From a virus: a stretch of DNA of 47,144 nucleotides. The notes under the pieces are model-generated. The model was not told the origin of the DNA. It did no database searches and saw nothing but the letters and a program-made list of their open reading frames with translations. Within the stretch, counting starts at the first letter, position 1; each line of letters starts with the position of its first letter. Shown here one piece after another: positions 7,832 through 16,353 of the stretch. The position numbers and the translations under genes are program-made. The DNA is taken from positions 1 through 47,144 of IMG/VR virus record IMGVR_UViG_3300045988_159385, one strand, 5' to 3'.

Positions 7832-8712
7832 TTACCTTGCCCTACCACTTCTACATCATAGGCATCACAATCCAAGAAGTTTTTTAACCTTTTTAAGTTA
7901 TCTTTACTTGCTGAAACTTTCAACTTAACAAAAAATTTCTTTTCATTTTCATTTATTTCTTCGCTCTGTTCAGCCTTTAAAGATGTAGATTTGCCATGTT
8001 CTGTTTCTGGGACTAACGCTGGTGCTTCTGCTTGCTTTATTTTATTAGCTTGTCCTTTTACAAGTGTCATTATCTTATCTACAGTCCAGCCTCCTTCTAC
8101 AAAATCGCTAAACTCTGAATAAGTTAATTTAGTATTTAACTCTGAATTTTCTTGCTCTATCTGTTTCATGACCGCAGCTTTAAGTATTTCCTTTTCTTTT
8201 TCTTCCGCTTCTTGCAATGCTTTTATATTAGATATTTTAAAATCTATTTCTTCTTTAATACTTTTTATAGAGTTTGTAAGATTTATTTTAATATCATGAA
8301 TGCTAATATTTTTTCTGAATTTTTCATTGATATTATTTTCTTCTAGTTGCTTATTTAAATAATCTAATGCCAGTAATACTTTTTCTTGCCTTCTTTCTTC
8401 ATCAAATTTTGCAATGCCTTCTTTTATTGGCTTTTCTACTTCTACTATTAAAGACAGTAATTCTTTGCACTCTTCTTCAAACTTTTTGATAGGCTCTTGC
8501 AACTTAGACTTAGTTTCTTTTCTATAACTATCTACTTTATTTCTTAGTCCAGCCAACTCTTTTTGAGTTGCTTTGCAATCCTTTAAAGTTTCTTCAGATA
8601 CTAGAAGTCCTCTATATTTTTCTAAACTAAATTTTAAATTTTCTCTAACTTCTGTAAAGTTTGTTTCTATGTTTGCTTGTTTAGCCTGTACTTTTAATTC
8701 TTGCATTACCAT
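7825..8712 (-). CDS. Coiled-coil protein (295 aa), probably recombination-associated
   Basis: Long heptad-rich ORF directly downstream of erf. Confidence 0.4.
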   Translation of the reverse strand: MVMQELKVQAKQANIETNFTEVRENLKFSLEKYRGLLVSEETLKDCKATQKELAGLRNKVDSYRKETKSKLQEPIKKFEEECKELLSLIVEVEKPIKEGIAKFDEERRQEKVLLALDYLNKQLEENNINEKFRKNISIHDIKINLTNSIKSIKEEIDFKISNIKALQEAEEKEKEILKAAVMKQIEQENSELNTKLTYSEFSDFVEGGWTVDKIMTLVKGQANKIKQAEAPALVPETEHGKSTSLKAEQSEEINENEKKFFVKLKVSASKDNLKRLKNFLDCDAYDVEVVGQGKC

Positions 8713-9329
8713 ACTGCCTCACTCTCATTAAAACCATTTAAATCTTTTGCTATATCTGCTTTTTTCTTGTCTAGCATTGCCATTGCTTCTGCAAATTGAC
8801 CTTCTTTCATTTCTTCAACTTTACTGGCATTAAAATAATTTAAGAATTTTGCCATATCTGTTTTAGTTTCTTCTATAGCTTTCTTAATAATTACTGCTTT
8901 TACTTGAGTTATTTTAGACTTAGCGATTTCTGCTTCTTCATCTACATTCCCAGCATCTATTAAATCATTTTCTGCTATTTCAAATGCCATTATGTACAGA
9001 TATCTTCTAGCGTAAGACTGTGTAGCTCCTATATTCTGCATTGCCGCAGCACTTTTCAAAGTTGCGATTTGCACTGGTGTGCTGAATGTTTCATTCTCAG
9101 ATGGATCTTCTGTGTTAACTACTACTAGATGTGCATAATCTTCGTTGAAGTTAAAAATTGTAGAAAGCCCATTTTCATAACACAATGCGTTAATTGCTGG
9201 TAAAAAATCTTGTAATTCGAAATAAGTGTGGTTCGAAAATTTATTAACTCCACTTTTCTTTAAATTTTTTTTCTGTAGTTCTACTCTTACCTTCTGCAAC
9301 TTAGCATATAAATTAAGCTTCTCACTCAT
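8706..9329 (-). CDS. ERF-family single-strand annealing protein
   Basis: NKFSNHTYFELQDFLP and GATQSYARRYLYIMAFEI recall the P22 Erf motifs KYKYRSCEDIL and GATSSYARKY. Sits in the classic ERF-SSB arrangement. Confidence 0.65.
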   Translation of the reverse strand: MSEKLNLYAKLQKVRVELQKKNLKKSGVNKFSNHTYFELQDFLPAINALCYENGLSTIFNFNEDYAHLVVVNTEDPSENETFSTPVQIATLKSAAAMQNIGATQSYARRYLYIMAFEIAENDLIDAGNVDEEAEIAKSKITQVKAVIIKKAIEETKTDMAKFLNYFNASKVEEMKEGQFAEAMAMLDKKKADIAKDLNGFNESEAVW

Positions 9330-9580
9330 TAGTAAAATCCCTCCGAATCATTAGGTGGCATCTCAAACACGGTATGTGGGGTGTTTGATAAAATTTTGAG
9401 TTCTAAAATGCCTAATACGACAATAGCTTGTTCTTCAGTCCCGTAAATTGCAATCGTAGAACCTTCTGCGTCCATGCCCCCTTGAAATGCGTGAATTATA
9501 TATTTATTATCACATTGAATTATTTTGAATTGACTAAAACAACCCAAAATACTTTTGTCTTGACTTCTAATCCAAATCAT
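9329..9580 (-). CDS. Hypothetical protein (83 aa)
   Basis: ORF. Confidence 0.35.
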   Translation of the reverse strand: MIWIRSQDKSILGCFSQFKIIQCDNKYIIHAFQGGMDAEGSTIAIYGTEEQAIVVLGILELKILSNTPHTVFEMPPNDSEGFY

Positions 9581-9974
9581 TTATTTTCCTCCATTCCTTA
9601 ATCATTTTTCTTGCTCCAGCTAATGAAGTTGATGTTCCTACGTGAACAATTTTCCCATTAAACGGTATTTTGATTATGTAATTTCTGTGTTTTTTATTAA
9701 AATGAATGAATTTTAAATCTTGTTCCCTTCGCTCTTTAGCTTTAGCAATTTTTCTATCTTTGTCCGTATATCTATTTTTATAACTTTCATTCTTTGTGAA
9801 TTTATAAGTTTCTTTACATTTATCCTTTAATTTAATATCTTTTCTCTGAACATCTTTGTTTATAAAACAAAAAAAATTCTTATGAAATGAACAGCTTACA
9901 CTTCTAGTTTCATCTTCAAAGATATAATCACTAATCGAAAGATGCTTACAATTCTTGCAATACTTCATATCCAC
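9567..9974 (-). CDS. Hypothetical protein with Cys-rich N-terminus (135 aa)
   Basis: ORF. Confidence 0.4.
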   Translation of the reverse strand: MDMKYCKNCKHLSISDYIFEDETRSVSCSFHKNFFCFINKDVQRKDIKLKDKCKETYKFTKNESYKNRYTDKDRKIAKAKERREQDLKFIHFNKKHRNYIIKIPFNGKIVHVGTSTSLAGARKMIKEWRKINDLD

Positions 9975-9976
9975 CT

Positions 9977-10156
9977 CTAATATCCCAATCTTTTGACTAT
10001 TGGCAATGTATTATTAATTAATTCTATTACTTGCTTATCTCTATAGCTGGTCCCAATAGTGCTGTGATATTTTATATCTTGCAAGACCATATTTACCAGT
10101 AAAGCATATTCATATTCTGTAAGTTCTTCCTGGCACTCTCTTAACCTCTTTACCAT
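9977..10156 (-). CDS. Small hypothetical protein (59 aa, MVKRLRECQEELTEYEYALL...)
   Basis: AAGGAG SD, spacing 8. Confidence 0.35.
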   Translation of the reverse strand: MVKRLRECQEELTEYEYALLVNMVLQDIKYHSTIGTSYRDKQVIELINNTLPIVKRLGY

Positions 10157-10157
10157 T

Positions 10158-10298
10158 TTATTTCTCCTTTTTAACTTTATTTGCGTTTCTAGATAGCCCT
10201 GCTATAAATCCTAGTAAATAGCTTTTATCGGCATCTTTTAATTCGTCAAAAACCACTAAATTTGCTCTTAATAAATTTATTTTTTCTTCAGTTGTCAT
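10158..10298 (-). CDS. First small early gene (46 aa, MTTEEKINLLRANLVVFDEL...); possibly a Cro-like counterpart
   Basis: AAGGAGA SD. Sits immediately downstream of the minus-strand promoter in the switch region. Confidence 0.3.
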   Translation of the reverse strand: MTTEEKINLLRANLVVFDELKDADKSYLLGFIAGLSRNANKVKKEK

Positions 10299-10325
10299 AA
10301 CAAATCTCCTTTCCAAAGTCTACTT

Positions 10326-10362
10326 AATAGTATAATATATCTAATTTTGTCTACTGTCAAGA
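10326..10362 (-). promoter_or_regulatory. Early (lytic-direction) promoter
   Basis: On the minus strand: TTGACA (complement of 10353-10358), a 17-nt spacer, then TATTAT (complement of 10330-10335). Confidence 0.45.
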
Positions 10363-10416
10363 CTTTTTGACGCTTTTTGTCTATTTATTGCTTATCAAAT
10401 GTCTTGACAATAGACT
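10344..10416. promoter_or_regulatory. Operator cluster of the genetic switch (three TTGTCTA-containing dyads)
   Basis: GTCTACTGTCAAGAC (10346-10360), TTGTCTATTTATTGC (10376-10390) and GTCTTGACAATAGAC (10400-10414). The first and last are inverted copies, and each overlaps a -35 TTGACA. Confidence 0.5.
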
Positions 10417-10437
10417 TAGTAGGATATAAAATTACAT
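10409..10437 (+). promoter_or_regulatory. Promoter for the CI-like repressor gene
   Basis: TTGACA at 10409-10414, 15-17 nt spacer, then TATAAA or TAAAAT. Confidence 0.45.
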
Positions 10438-10451
10438 ACGAGGTGATTTCC

Positions 10452-10832
10452 TTGAACAAAAGATTGAAAGAGTTAAGAAAAACACTTGGTCTAACTCAGC
10501 AACAATTTGCAAATGATATAGGGCTAGGAAAGTCCAGTATAGGCAATATCGAAAATGGGATCATTAACTTGACTGATAGGAATATTAGTGTTATATGTTC
10601 CAAATACAACGTTAACGAGCGATGGCTTAGGACTGGAGAAGGAGAAAAGTTCGCAGAACTTAACGTAGATGAAGAAATAACATTTATGTTAGGTGCTTTA
10701 CTTGCAGAAAATTGTTCGCAAAAAAAAGAGTTTATTAAGCTAATGTTATCTTTAGATAACGAAGATGATTGGAAGATTATTTCCGATTTGGCGGAAGGAC
10801 TCAAAAGAAAGAATGAAAAAAGCAGAGATTAA
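10452..10832 (+). CDS. CI-like XRE-family HTH repressor (about 126 aa from TTG start)
   Basis: HTH LGLTQQQFANDIGLGKSSIGNIENG. GAGGTG SD 6 nt before TTG at 10452. No S24 peptidase domain is visible. Confidence 0.65.
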   Translation: MNKRLKELRKTLGLTQQQFANDIGLGKSSIGNIENGIINLTDRNISVICSKYNVNERWLRTGEGEKFAELNVDEEITFMLGALLAENCSQKKEFIKLMLSLDNEDDWKIISDLAEGLKRKNEKSRD

Positions 10833-10847
10833 TCTCTGCTTTTTTTG
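10821..10847 (+). terminator. Intrinsic terminator
   Basis: Perfect 20-nt palindrome AGCAGAGATTAATCTCTGCT followed by TTTTTTT. Confidence 0.7.
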
Positions 10848-11126
10848 TTATTAATATAGCCGCAAATAAATAGATCTAAAAGTTTAAATAACTTCTCATC
10901 ATCAATTTTTTCCAAACGCTCTAGTACATTTTTCTTTTTTGTCATAACTTTTCCCCTTTTACAAATATTCGTCAATATTATACCACATCTTCGAACATTT
11001 GTTCATTTTTTATTTATTTCGTTATAAGTATAAGATAATTTTGCCATTCGTGTCATGAATATTTCCGACACAAAAGGACAAAATATATTATAATAACGTC
11101 TATTTTTGTCGAAAGAGGTGTTATAT

Positions 11127-11414
11127 ATGAAATATTTAAGACGGAAGGAAGGAATAAGCCAAGACGATCTAGCCGTTAAATCTGGAATAAGCCAATCTCA
11201 AATAGCTAAGTTGGAAGGTAAAAGATACTCTCATAGTCCTACAATCCGTACTGTTGTAAACCTAGCAAAAGCATTGAAAGTTTGTCCGTACAGATTATCT
11301 GAGTATTTTGTTGCAAAAGAGATTACTGGCTGTCATAACTGTCAACATAGCGTAAAAAGAAGTGATATTACAAAATGCTCCAACTTTAATATAGTTAAGC
11401 GTAATAAATTTTAA
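11127..11414 (+). CDS. XRE-family HTH regulator (about 95 aa)
   Basis: HTH ISQDDLAVKSGISQSQIAKLEG. GAGGTG SD before ATG at 11127. Confidence 0.6.
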   Translation: MKYLRRKEGISQDDLAVKSGISQSQIAKLEGKRYSHSPTIRTVVNLAKALKVCPYRLSEYFVAKEITGCHNCQHSVKRSDITKCSNFNIVKRNKF

Positions 11415-11496
11415 CTGTCCTTTTATGATTTAATTGTCAGCTTTCCTGTCAACTCCAAATGCAGTTGTATTTTACAATTGTTAAGGAGGTACTCTT

Positions 11497-11793
11497 ATGA
11501 AAGATTTAAATACAAAGCTTGTTATTCTTAGAAAAGAACACGGTTATACTCAAGAAGACCTTTCTAAATTTTTAAACCTAACTAGATCAGCAATTGGCAA
11601 TTATGAATTAGGCATTAACGAGCCTTCCTTGGATACAATGGTAGCTATAGCAAACCTGTATGGAGTATCCCTTGATTGGCTTATGGGCAGAACTGATCTA
11701 AGATATAATTTTAACTTAGAAAACAAAGAAAATACCGAAGTTATAATAAAGCTTTATGAAACTTTAAAAGATTTTGACATCACAAAGAGATAG
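11497..11793 (+). CDS. XRE-family HTH regulator (98 aa)
   Basis: HTH YTQEDLSKFLNLTRSAIGNYELG with AAGGAGG SD. Confidence 0.65.
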   Translation: MKDLNTKLVILRKEHGYTQEDLSKFLNLTRSAIGNYELGINEPSLDTMVAIANLYGVSLDWLMGRTDLRYNFNLENKENTEVIIKLYETLKDFDITKR

Positions 11794-11834
11794 GTATAGC
11801 TGCCCTAAAAAGGGTATACTTATCCCTTTGTATA

Positions 11835-12632
11835 TTACATTATTCCTAAATACTCTTCTAATTCTCTATTTTTAGAGTTAATTTGAATATATGTATTATC
11901 GTTTAAATCAAATTCAGTCCACTTATCATATACTATCTTTTCTACATAAGCAACTACACCTGCTAACTCTATTTTAGTTCTTAAGTAATCTATTTGCCCA
12001 AATACCTTCGCTTGAATTATAGAATTATTTATTCTTTCTTTAACCATTAATACTTTAGCTATATCTTTCATTTCTTTCTTAGAAGCATATCTTCTACCTT
12101 TAATTCCACGATATAATTTCTTGATTTCATCAACAAGAGAAAATGTGCAATTTTCTCCATTACTATTAATATAATTTATATTTAATCTTGAAGTTTCTAG
12201 TGAAGGAGCATGGCACTCTAAAACATTAGTATTTTCAATGCTTTCAGAACTATTTTCATCTTGTACTTCTTCTTGTACTTCTTCTTGTACACTTAAATCA
12301 TTTTCGTTTTCTTTAGGTTCATCTTTTTTATTTAAAACAACATATATTTCACCATCTTTTTTTTCTAATAAGCTAAGATCTATTAATTCATTAACTAAGT
12401 TATAAAAATATTTTTGTGACATTCTTTTACCTTTCCATGTATACATCTTATAAAGTCTGTTTATGCTGTAAACTAACTTACAATTTGGGCTATATTTCAT
12501 AACGTATCTTAATACAGATTGAATCTTTTTAGTTTTCCCCCCATTATATTGCTGCATATCTAACACTGCCAGTTGATACTCTGTAAATGGTATATAATTT
12601 TCTTTTATCTTTAAATTCTTGATGTTAAACAT
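11835..12632 (-). CDS. Hypothetical protein (about 265 aa) with acidic QEEVQEEVQ repeat; candidate replication initiator or DNA-binding protein
   Basis: ATG at 12630-12632 with AAGGAGAG SD. A 12-nt tandem repeat at 12262-12297 encodes the acidic repeat. Function is not recognised. Confidence 0.4.
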   Translation of the reverse strand: MFNIKNLKIKENYIPFTEYQLAVLDMQQYNGGKTKKIQSVLRYVMKYSPNCKLVYSINRLYKMYTWKGKRMSQKYFYNLVNELIDLSLLEKKDGEIYVVLNKKDEPKENENDLSVQEEVQEEVQDENSSESIENTNVLECHAPSLETSRLNINYINSNGENCTFSLVDEIKKLYRGIKGRRYASKKEMKDIAKVLMVKERINNSIIQAKVFGQIDYLRTKIELAGVVAYVEKIVYDKWTEFDLNDNTYIQINSKNRELEEYLGIM

Positions 12633-12983
12633 TTTATACTCTCCTTTGGTAAAACAAAAAGAAGCACTTAAGTACAAACTTAAATACGTCTTTATTAAAA
12701 AAGCATAAAATGCATTAATTTCTAATATATTCAACGTTGACAATTCTAAGTTTATTTTATATACTTTAATTAGTTCTTTTGAACTAACAAAATTGTATAT
12801 ATGTTAAGCTATTTGGCGATAGTTTAACTTATTTCGGAATCGTCTTTTAAGTATTCGTGGTACTTAATTCATCAATGAAGGTTTGGCGACCAGCATTGAA
12901 GATGGTTCTTTTTGTTATTCATTTTTATCTATGTATAGATAATACTACATATTTTTTGAAAATAAAAGAGGTTTTTATAAAAA

Positions 12984-13021
12984 AAGATAGCAATTGAACA
13001 AAATTTTGCTATCTTTTTTAT
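12984..13021 (-). terminator. Bidirectional intrinsic terminator
   Basis: AAGATAGCAA-loop-TTGCTATCTT hairpin flanked by A and T runs. Confidence 0.6.
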
Positions 13022-13030
13022 TATTATATT

Positions 13031-13678
13031 TTATTTTGTTATCGCTGGATGCTTGTATACATTAGTTGCTAATTTTTCAAAATTATCATTTGTAATTCCG
13101 TTAAAATTAATTTTTTCTATAGTAGATCTATCGTATTCGAAAGATAAAACCTTATAATTTTCTGTATTCCCATAAACGTCAGTTAAATCTGCGGTAAACC
13201 AAAATTGATATGTGTTAAATTCGTACCCAGCATCTAAAGAATGTTGTATTATATCTTTTGCTTTTAAAAAAGCACTTGTTACACTCATAGAATTGCTAAA
13301 CGTACTAGGGAATTTCATCTTAACAACTAAATCCTCACCAGTGTTTACCTCTAAAACAGAATCTTTTCCCACCTTATTAACTATTTCTGTAACTGTTAAA
13401 GGCTTAGTTTCTTCTTCAATTTTCTCTTGTGTATTATTTTCTGTAGCTATATTGTTTTCTGTTGCCGTTTCTTGTTCTTTATTATTTTCAGTGTTGTTTT
13501 GGCTTACTGGTTGATTTAATACACTAGCAACAGTAATAATAGCAAATACAGAAGCTATTGCAATTCTTACTGGCTTGTTAAAGCATTTTCTTTTAAACAT
13601 TAAGTATAGCCCAAAAGGGAAAAATATTATCAATGCTAATACTACAAATAAATTTGTTTCATAAAATTGTTTGTTCAT
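13031..13678 (-). CDS. Membrane-anchored protein (215 aa) with N-terminal TM helices and a large extracytoplasmic domain; candidate exclusion or surface protein
   Basis: Hydrophobic segments LFVVLALIIFFPFGLYLMF and IAIASVFAIITVASVL, with a TENN repeat linker. Confidence 0.45.
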   Translation of the reverse strand: MNKQFYETNLFVVLALIIFFPFGLYLMFKRKCFNKPVRIAIASVFAIITVASVLNQPVSQNNTENNKEQETATENNIATENNTQEKIEEETKPLTVTEIVNKVGKDSVLEVNTGEDLVVKMKFPSTFSNSMSVTSAFLKAKDIIQHSLDAGYEFNTYQFWFTADLTDVYGNTENYKVLSFEYDRSTIEKINFNGITNDNFEKLATNVYKHPAITK

Positions 13679-13711
13679 ATGTACTCCTTTAATAAATATA
13701 AGTTTATCTTT

Positions 13712-13820
13712 AAAAAATAAATGTTTACCTTTATATTTACATAATTTGTAAAAAGAGTTATGCTTAAATATATAGGTAATTGCTATTATAATATATGTTT
13801 GCCAAAAAATAAATGTTTAC
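13712..13820. repeat. Pair of direct repeats AAAAAATAAATGTTTAC
   Basis: Copies at 13712-13728 and 13804-13820, in the divergent region between the membrane-protein gene and the small RHH gene. Confidence 0.45.
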
Positions 13821-13847
13821 TTAAAAAATAGAAAAGGAGCATTGATT

Positions 13848-14000
13848 ATGGGGAGAAGAAAAAAGGATAATTCATTGTCTGAAACAATTGCATTTAAAAT
13901 AACTAAGGATCAAAAAGAAGTGCTGGATAAGAACAAATGGATAAAAGAAGAATTAAAGAAGCAAGTAAGAGAATTTTTAGATTTGTTTATAATGAAATAA
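13848..14000 (+). CDS. Small putative ribbon-helix-helix DNA-binding protein (50 aa)
   Basis: MGRRKKDNSLSETIAFKITKDQKEVLDK... with AAGGAG SD; sits upstream of parC and parM. Confidence 0.35.
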   Translation: MGRRKKDNSLSETIAFKITKDQKEVLDKNKWIKEELKKQVREFLDLFIMK

Positions 14001-14059
14001 CCTAAAAAACACCTTAAAATAAAAAAAATAGGTGAAATTTTAAAAAAGCACTTTACAAC

Positions 14060-14092
14060 TAGGTATAATTTAGGTATAATTTAGGTGTAATG
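14060..14092 (+). repeat. parC-like centromere repeats with embedded promoter
   Basis: Three tandem 11-mers, TAGGTATAATT x2 then TAGGTGTAATG, directly upstream of parM. Confidence 0.5.
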
Positions 14093-14144
14093 TTAGTAAA
14101 CGATATTTGTTTTACAAAAAATAGTTATAGGGAGATATTAAATT

Positions 14145-15122
14145 ATGAAAAAATACGTTTTAAGTGCTGATATTGGTAAGTACGAAACAGAAATTACAGG
14201 TAGAGATTTAGAAGGAACAAAAGAAGATATTAAGACAGTTGCTTTAAGAACTAAGATGTATGATTTAAGCAATGGATATATCGAAGTTGAAGGAGATAGC
14301 TATGTAGTTGAATTTGACGGAAAAGAGTTTATTGTTGGAGAACAAGGTCAATCAAAAAGTGACGATACTACAAAAACTCAATTCTTACACCAGTTAGCTT
14401 GTTACACTGCAATTACTAAATTTTTAGAAGCAGGAAGTAAAGACAATAAAATATTCATGACTTTAGCTTGTCCTTTAAGTGTATTAAGTATACAGGAAGC
14501 AAAAGAAGAATATAAAAACTTCATAAAAGGTGATGGGCCTATTAAAATGAAGGTTGATGGTAAAGAATATGAGTTTACTATTGAGGACATAACTATAAAG
14601 GCTGAAGGTGCTGGAATAATATACTTAGAACCAAACTTATTTAAAGATAAATCTGTTGCTATAGTAGACCTTGGTGGTTTAAATATGGGATTCAGTTTAT
14701 ATATTAATAAAGTATGTAAAAAAGAATATAGATTTATAGAAGAGTGTGGAACTGATAGATTACTTGATTTAGTTAGAGAACAACTTTCTATATATAAGAA
14801 AGGAAACCTTGTAGATAAAGATATTTCAGAAAAAGCTTTAAATGAAGGTGGCTTAAAGAAATCAGGTAAACTTGATCTTGACAGTGTAGACTTCATAGAA
14901 ACTGCAAAAGAAAATTACTTTAAGGAAGTTATGGGTTATATAAAGGCGCATAAATTTGATGTAGAAACACTTGATGCTATTGTATTCGTTGGAGGTACTT
15001 CTCAACATATTAAAACTAATATAGTGACTTCATTAGAACACGCTTATGTTCCAAGTAATTCTCAATACTGTACCGTTGAAGGCAATTATAAAGTTGCTAT
15101 TAAAAAATATGGAAACATTTAA
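14145..15122 (+). CDS. parM: Actin-like segregation ATPase (ParM/Alp family)
   Basis: N-terminal phosphate-1 motif LSADIGKYETE and VDLGGLNMGF motif. 325 aa, followed by a small RHH gene. Confidence 0.65.
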   Translation: MKKYVLSADIGKYETEITGRDLEGTKEDIKTVALRTKMYDLSNGYIEVEGDSYVVEFDGKEFIVGEQGQSKSDDTTKTQFLHQLACYTAITKFLEAGSKDNKIFMTLACPLSVLSIQEAKEEYKNFIKGDGPIKMKVDGKEYEFTIEDITIKAEGAGIIYLEPNLFKDKSVAIVDLGGLNMGFSLYINKVCKKEYRFIEECGTDRLLDLVREQLSIYKKGNLVDKDISEKALNEGGLKKSGKLDLDSVDFIETAKENYFKEVMGYIKAHKFDVETLDAIVFVGGTSQHIKTNIVTSLEHAYVPSNSQYCTVEGNYKVAIKKYGNI

Positions 15123-15136
15123 GGAAAGGTGATTAA

Positions 15137-15508
15137 ATGCCAAGCATTGATAAAGTTGGTGGAGGAATAACAATAACTTTTGCCCCTAAAAATGATGATG
15201 TTAGGGAGATATTAGTAGAGTTAAAGAAAAGTAAAAAGGTTAAATTAACCGATTATATTTGTGAAGCTATAAGATTTTATGAAGCTAATAAAGATAAAAT
15301 GAATAATGATAAAGGTGATTTAGCTGAAATAATAAAAGAAGAAGTTTCAAAGCAAGTAAAATCTGAAATTGAAAAAATAGAAGTTTCAAAACAAATAAAA
15401 GATGAAATTGAAAAAATATTAGAAGAAAAGAAATTAACTTTAATTGAGAATGTATCTGTATCATTGGAAGATGATTTGGAAGATGTGGATATAACTGAAG
15501 ATGGTTAA
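15137..15508 (+). CDS. parR: ParR-like ribbon-helix-helix centromere-binding adaptor
   Basis: N-terminus ITITFAPKNDDVREILVELKK...LTDYICEAIRFY has a beta-alpha-alpha pattern, followed by an acidic coiled tail. Confidence 0.5.
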   Translation: MPSIDKVGGGITITFAPKNDDVREILVELKKSKKVKLTDYICEAIRFYEANKDKMNNDKGDLAEIIKEEVSKQVKSEIEKIEVSKQIKDEIEKILEEKKLTLIENVSVSLEDDLEDVDITEDG

Positions 15509-15524
15509 TGCCAAGGAGGAATTT

Positions 15525-16241
15525 ATGGAATCAGGAATTTACAAAATAGTTTGCATCCCAAATCAAATGGTTTATATAGGGCAATCTATAGATGTATCGA
15601 ATCGTTGGAAGCAACATTTAAATGATTTAAGAAGCAATAAACATTGCAATAAAGGATTACAAGAAGACTTTTTAAAATATGGAGAGATAAATTTTGAATT
15701 TTCAATAGTAGCTACTTGCGAAGCTAGTGTATTAGATTTATTAGAATTACATTATATTGATAAGTATAAAAAAAATAATCAATCTTATAATATAAAAACA
15801 AGCGAGAGTGGTAGACATAAAGAAAGAGTGCAATTAACTCCAGAGGAATATAAGAAAATAGTTAAGTTTAAAGAATCTGATACAATAGACGATGAAACTA
15901 TAAAAACATTGTTGGCAATGGCAAAAATGTTTTATTTAAATGGATTTGCCAGAAAAGAGTGTATTGCATTTGACTATAATTCCAACTCAATTAAAAAAGT
16001 TGTTTTCGCAGGGACACCTTGCGATGATAATTTGATGGCAATAAGAAAATGTATTTCTTTAGCTTTACTTTATATAATGTATTATGTAAATGAGTATATT
16101 TCAGAAAAGTATTCATATATGAATGAAATAGTAAAAACAAAGGTTTTATATAAAAACCTTCCATCTGAATACGGGAAATTAACGTTAAATTGTAAAGTTA
16201 TAAAAACTGGTGAACAATTTAAAAAAACTTTATACTTTTAA
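15525..16241 (+). CDS. GIY-YIG homing-type endonuclease
   Basis: SGIYKIVCIPNQMVYIGQS...R...H...N motif. AAGGAGG SD before ATG at 15525. Confidence 0.7.
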   Translation: MESGIYKIVCIPNQMVYIGQSIDVSNRWKQHLNDLRSNKHCNKGLQEDFLKYGEINFEFSIVATCEASVLDLLELHYIDKYKKNNQSYNIKTSESGRHKERVQLTPEEYKKIVKFKESDTIDDETIKTLLAMAKMFYLNGFARKECIAFDYNSNSIKKVVFAGTPCDDNLMAIRKCISLALLYIMYYVNEYISEKYSYMNEIVKTKVLYKNLPSEYGKLTLNCKVIKTGEQFKKTLYF

Positions 16242-16277
16242 AAATAAAAAAATTAAAAAAATAAAATAAAAAAGGCA

Positions 16278-16330
16278 GTAACAATATGCTACCACCTGAC
16301 TCACAATCAAAGTATAGCATATTTGTTACT
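16278..16330 (+). other. Long stem-loop (15-bp arms, about 22-nt loop); possibly a terminator or recombination site
   Basis: AGTAACAATATGCTA...TAGCATATTTGTTACT, just downstream of the GIY-YIG gene. Confidence 0.4.
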
Positions 16331-16353
16331 CAAATGTAAAGGAGTAATTTAAT

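Noticed and set aside
10851-10943. 38-aa minus-strand ORF (MTKKKNVLERLEKIDDEKLF...) after the CI terminator
   Set aside because: It is very short, overlaps the terminator palindrome, and has only a weak SD. It is left unannotated.
12262-12297. Tandem 12-nt repeat TCTTGTACTTCT
   Set aside because: It lies inside a coding region and simply encodes the acidic QEEVQEEVQ repeat of ORF 11835..12632.
14402-14896. Minus-strand 164-aa ORF inside parM
   Set aside because: Antisense to the ParM-like gene, which has conserved actin-fold motifs.
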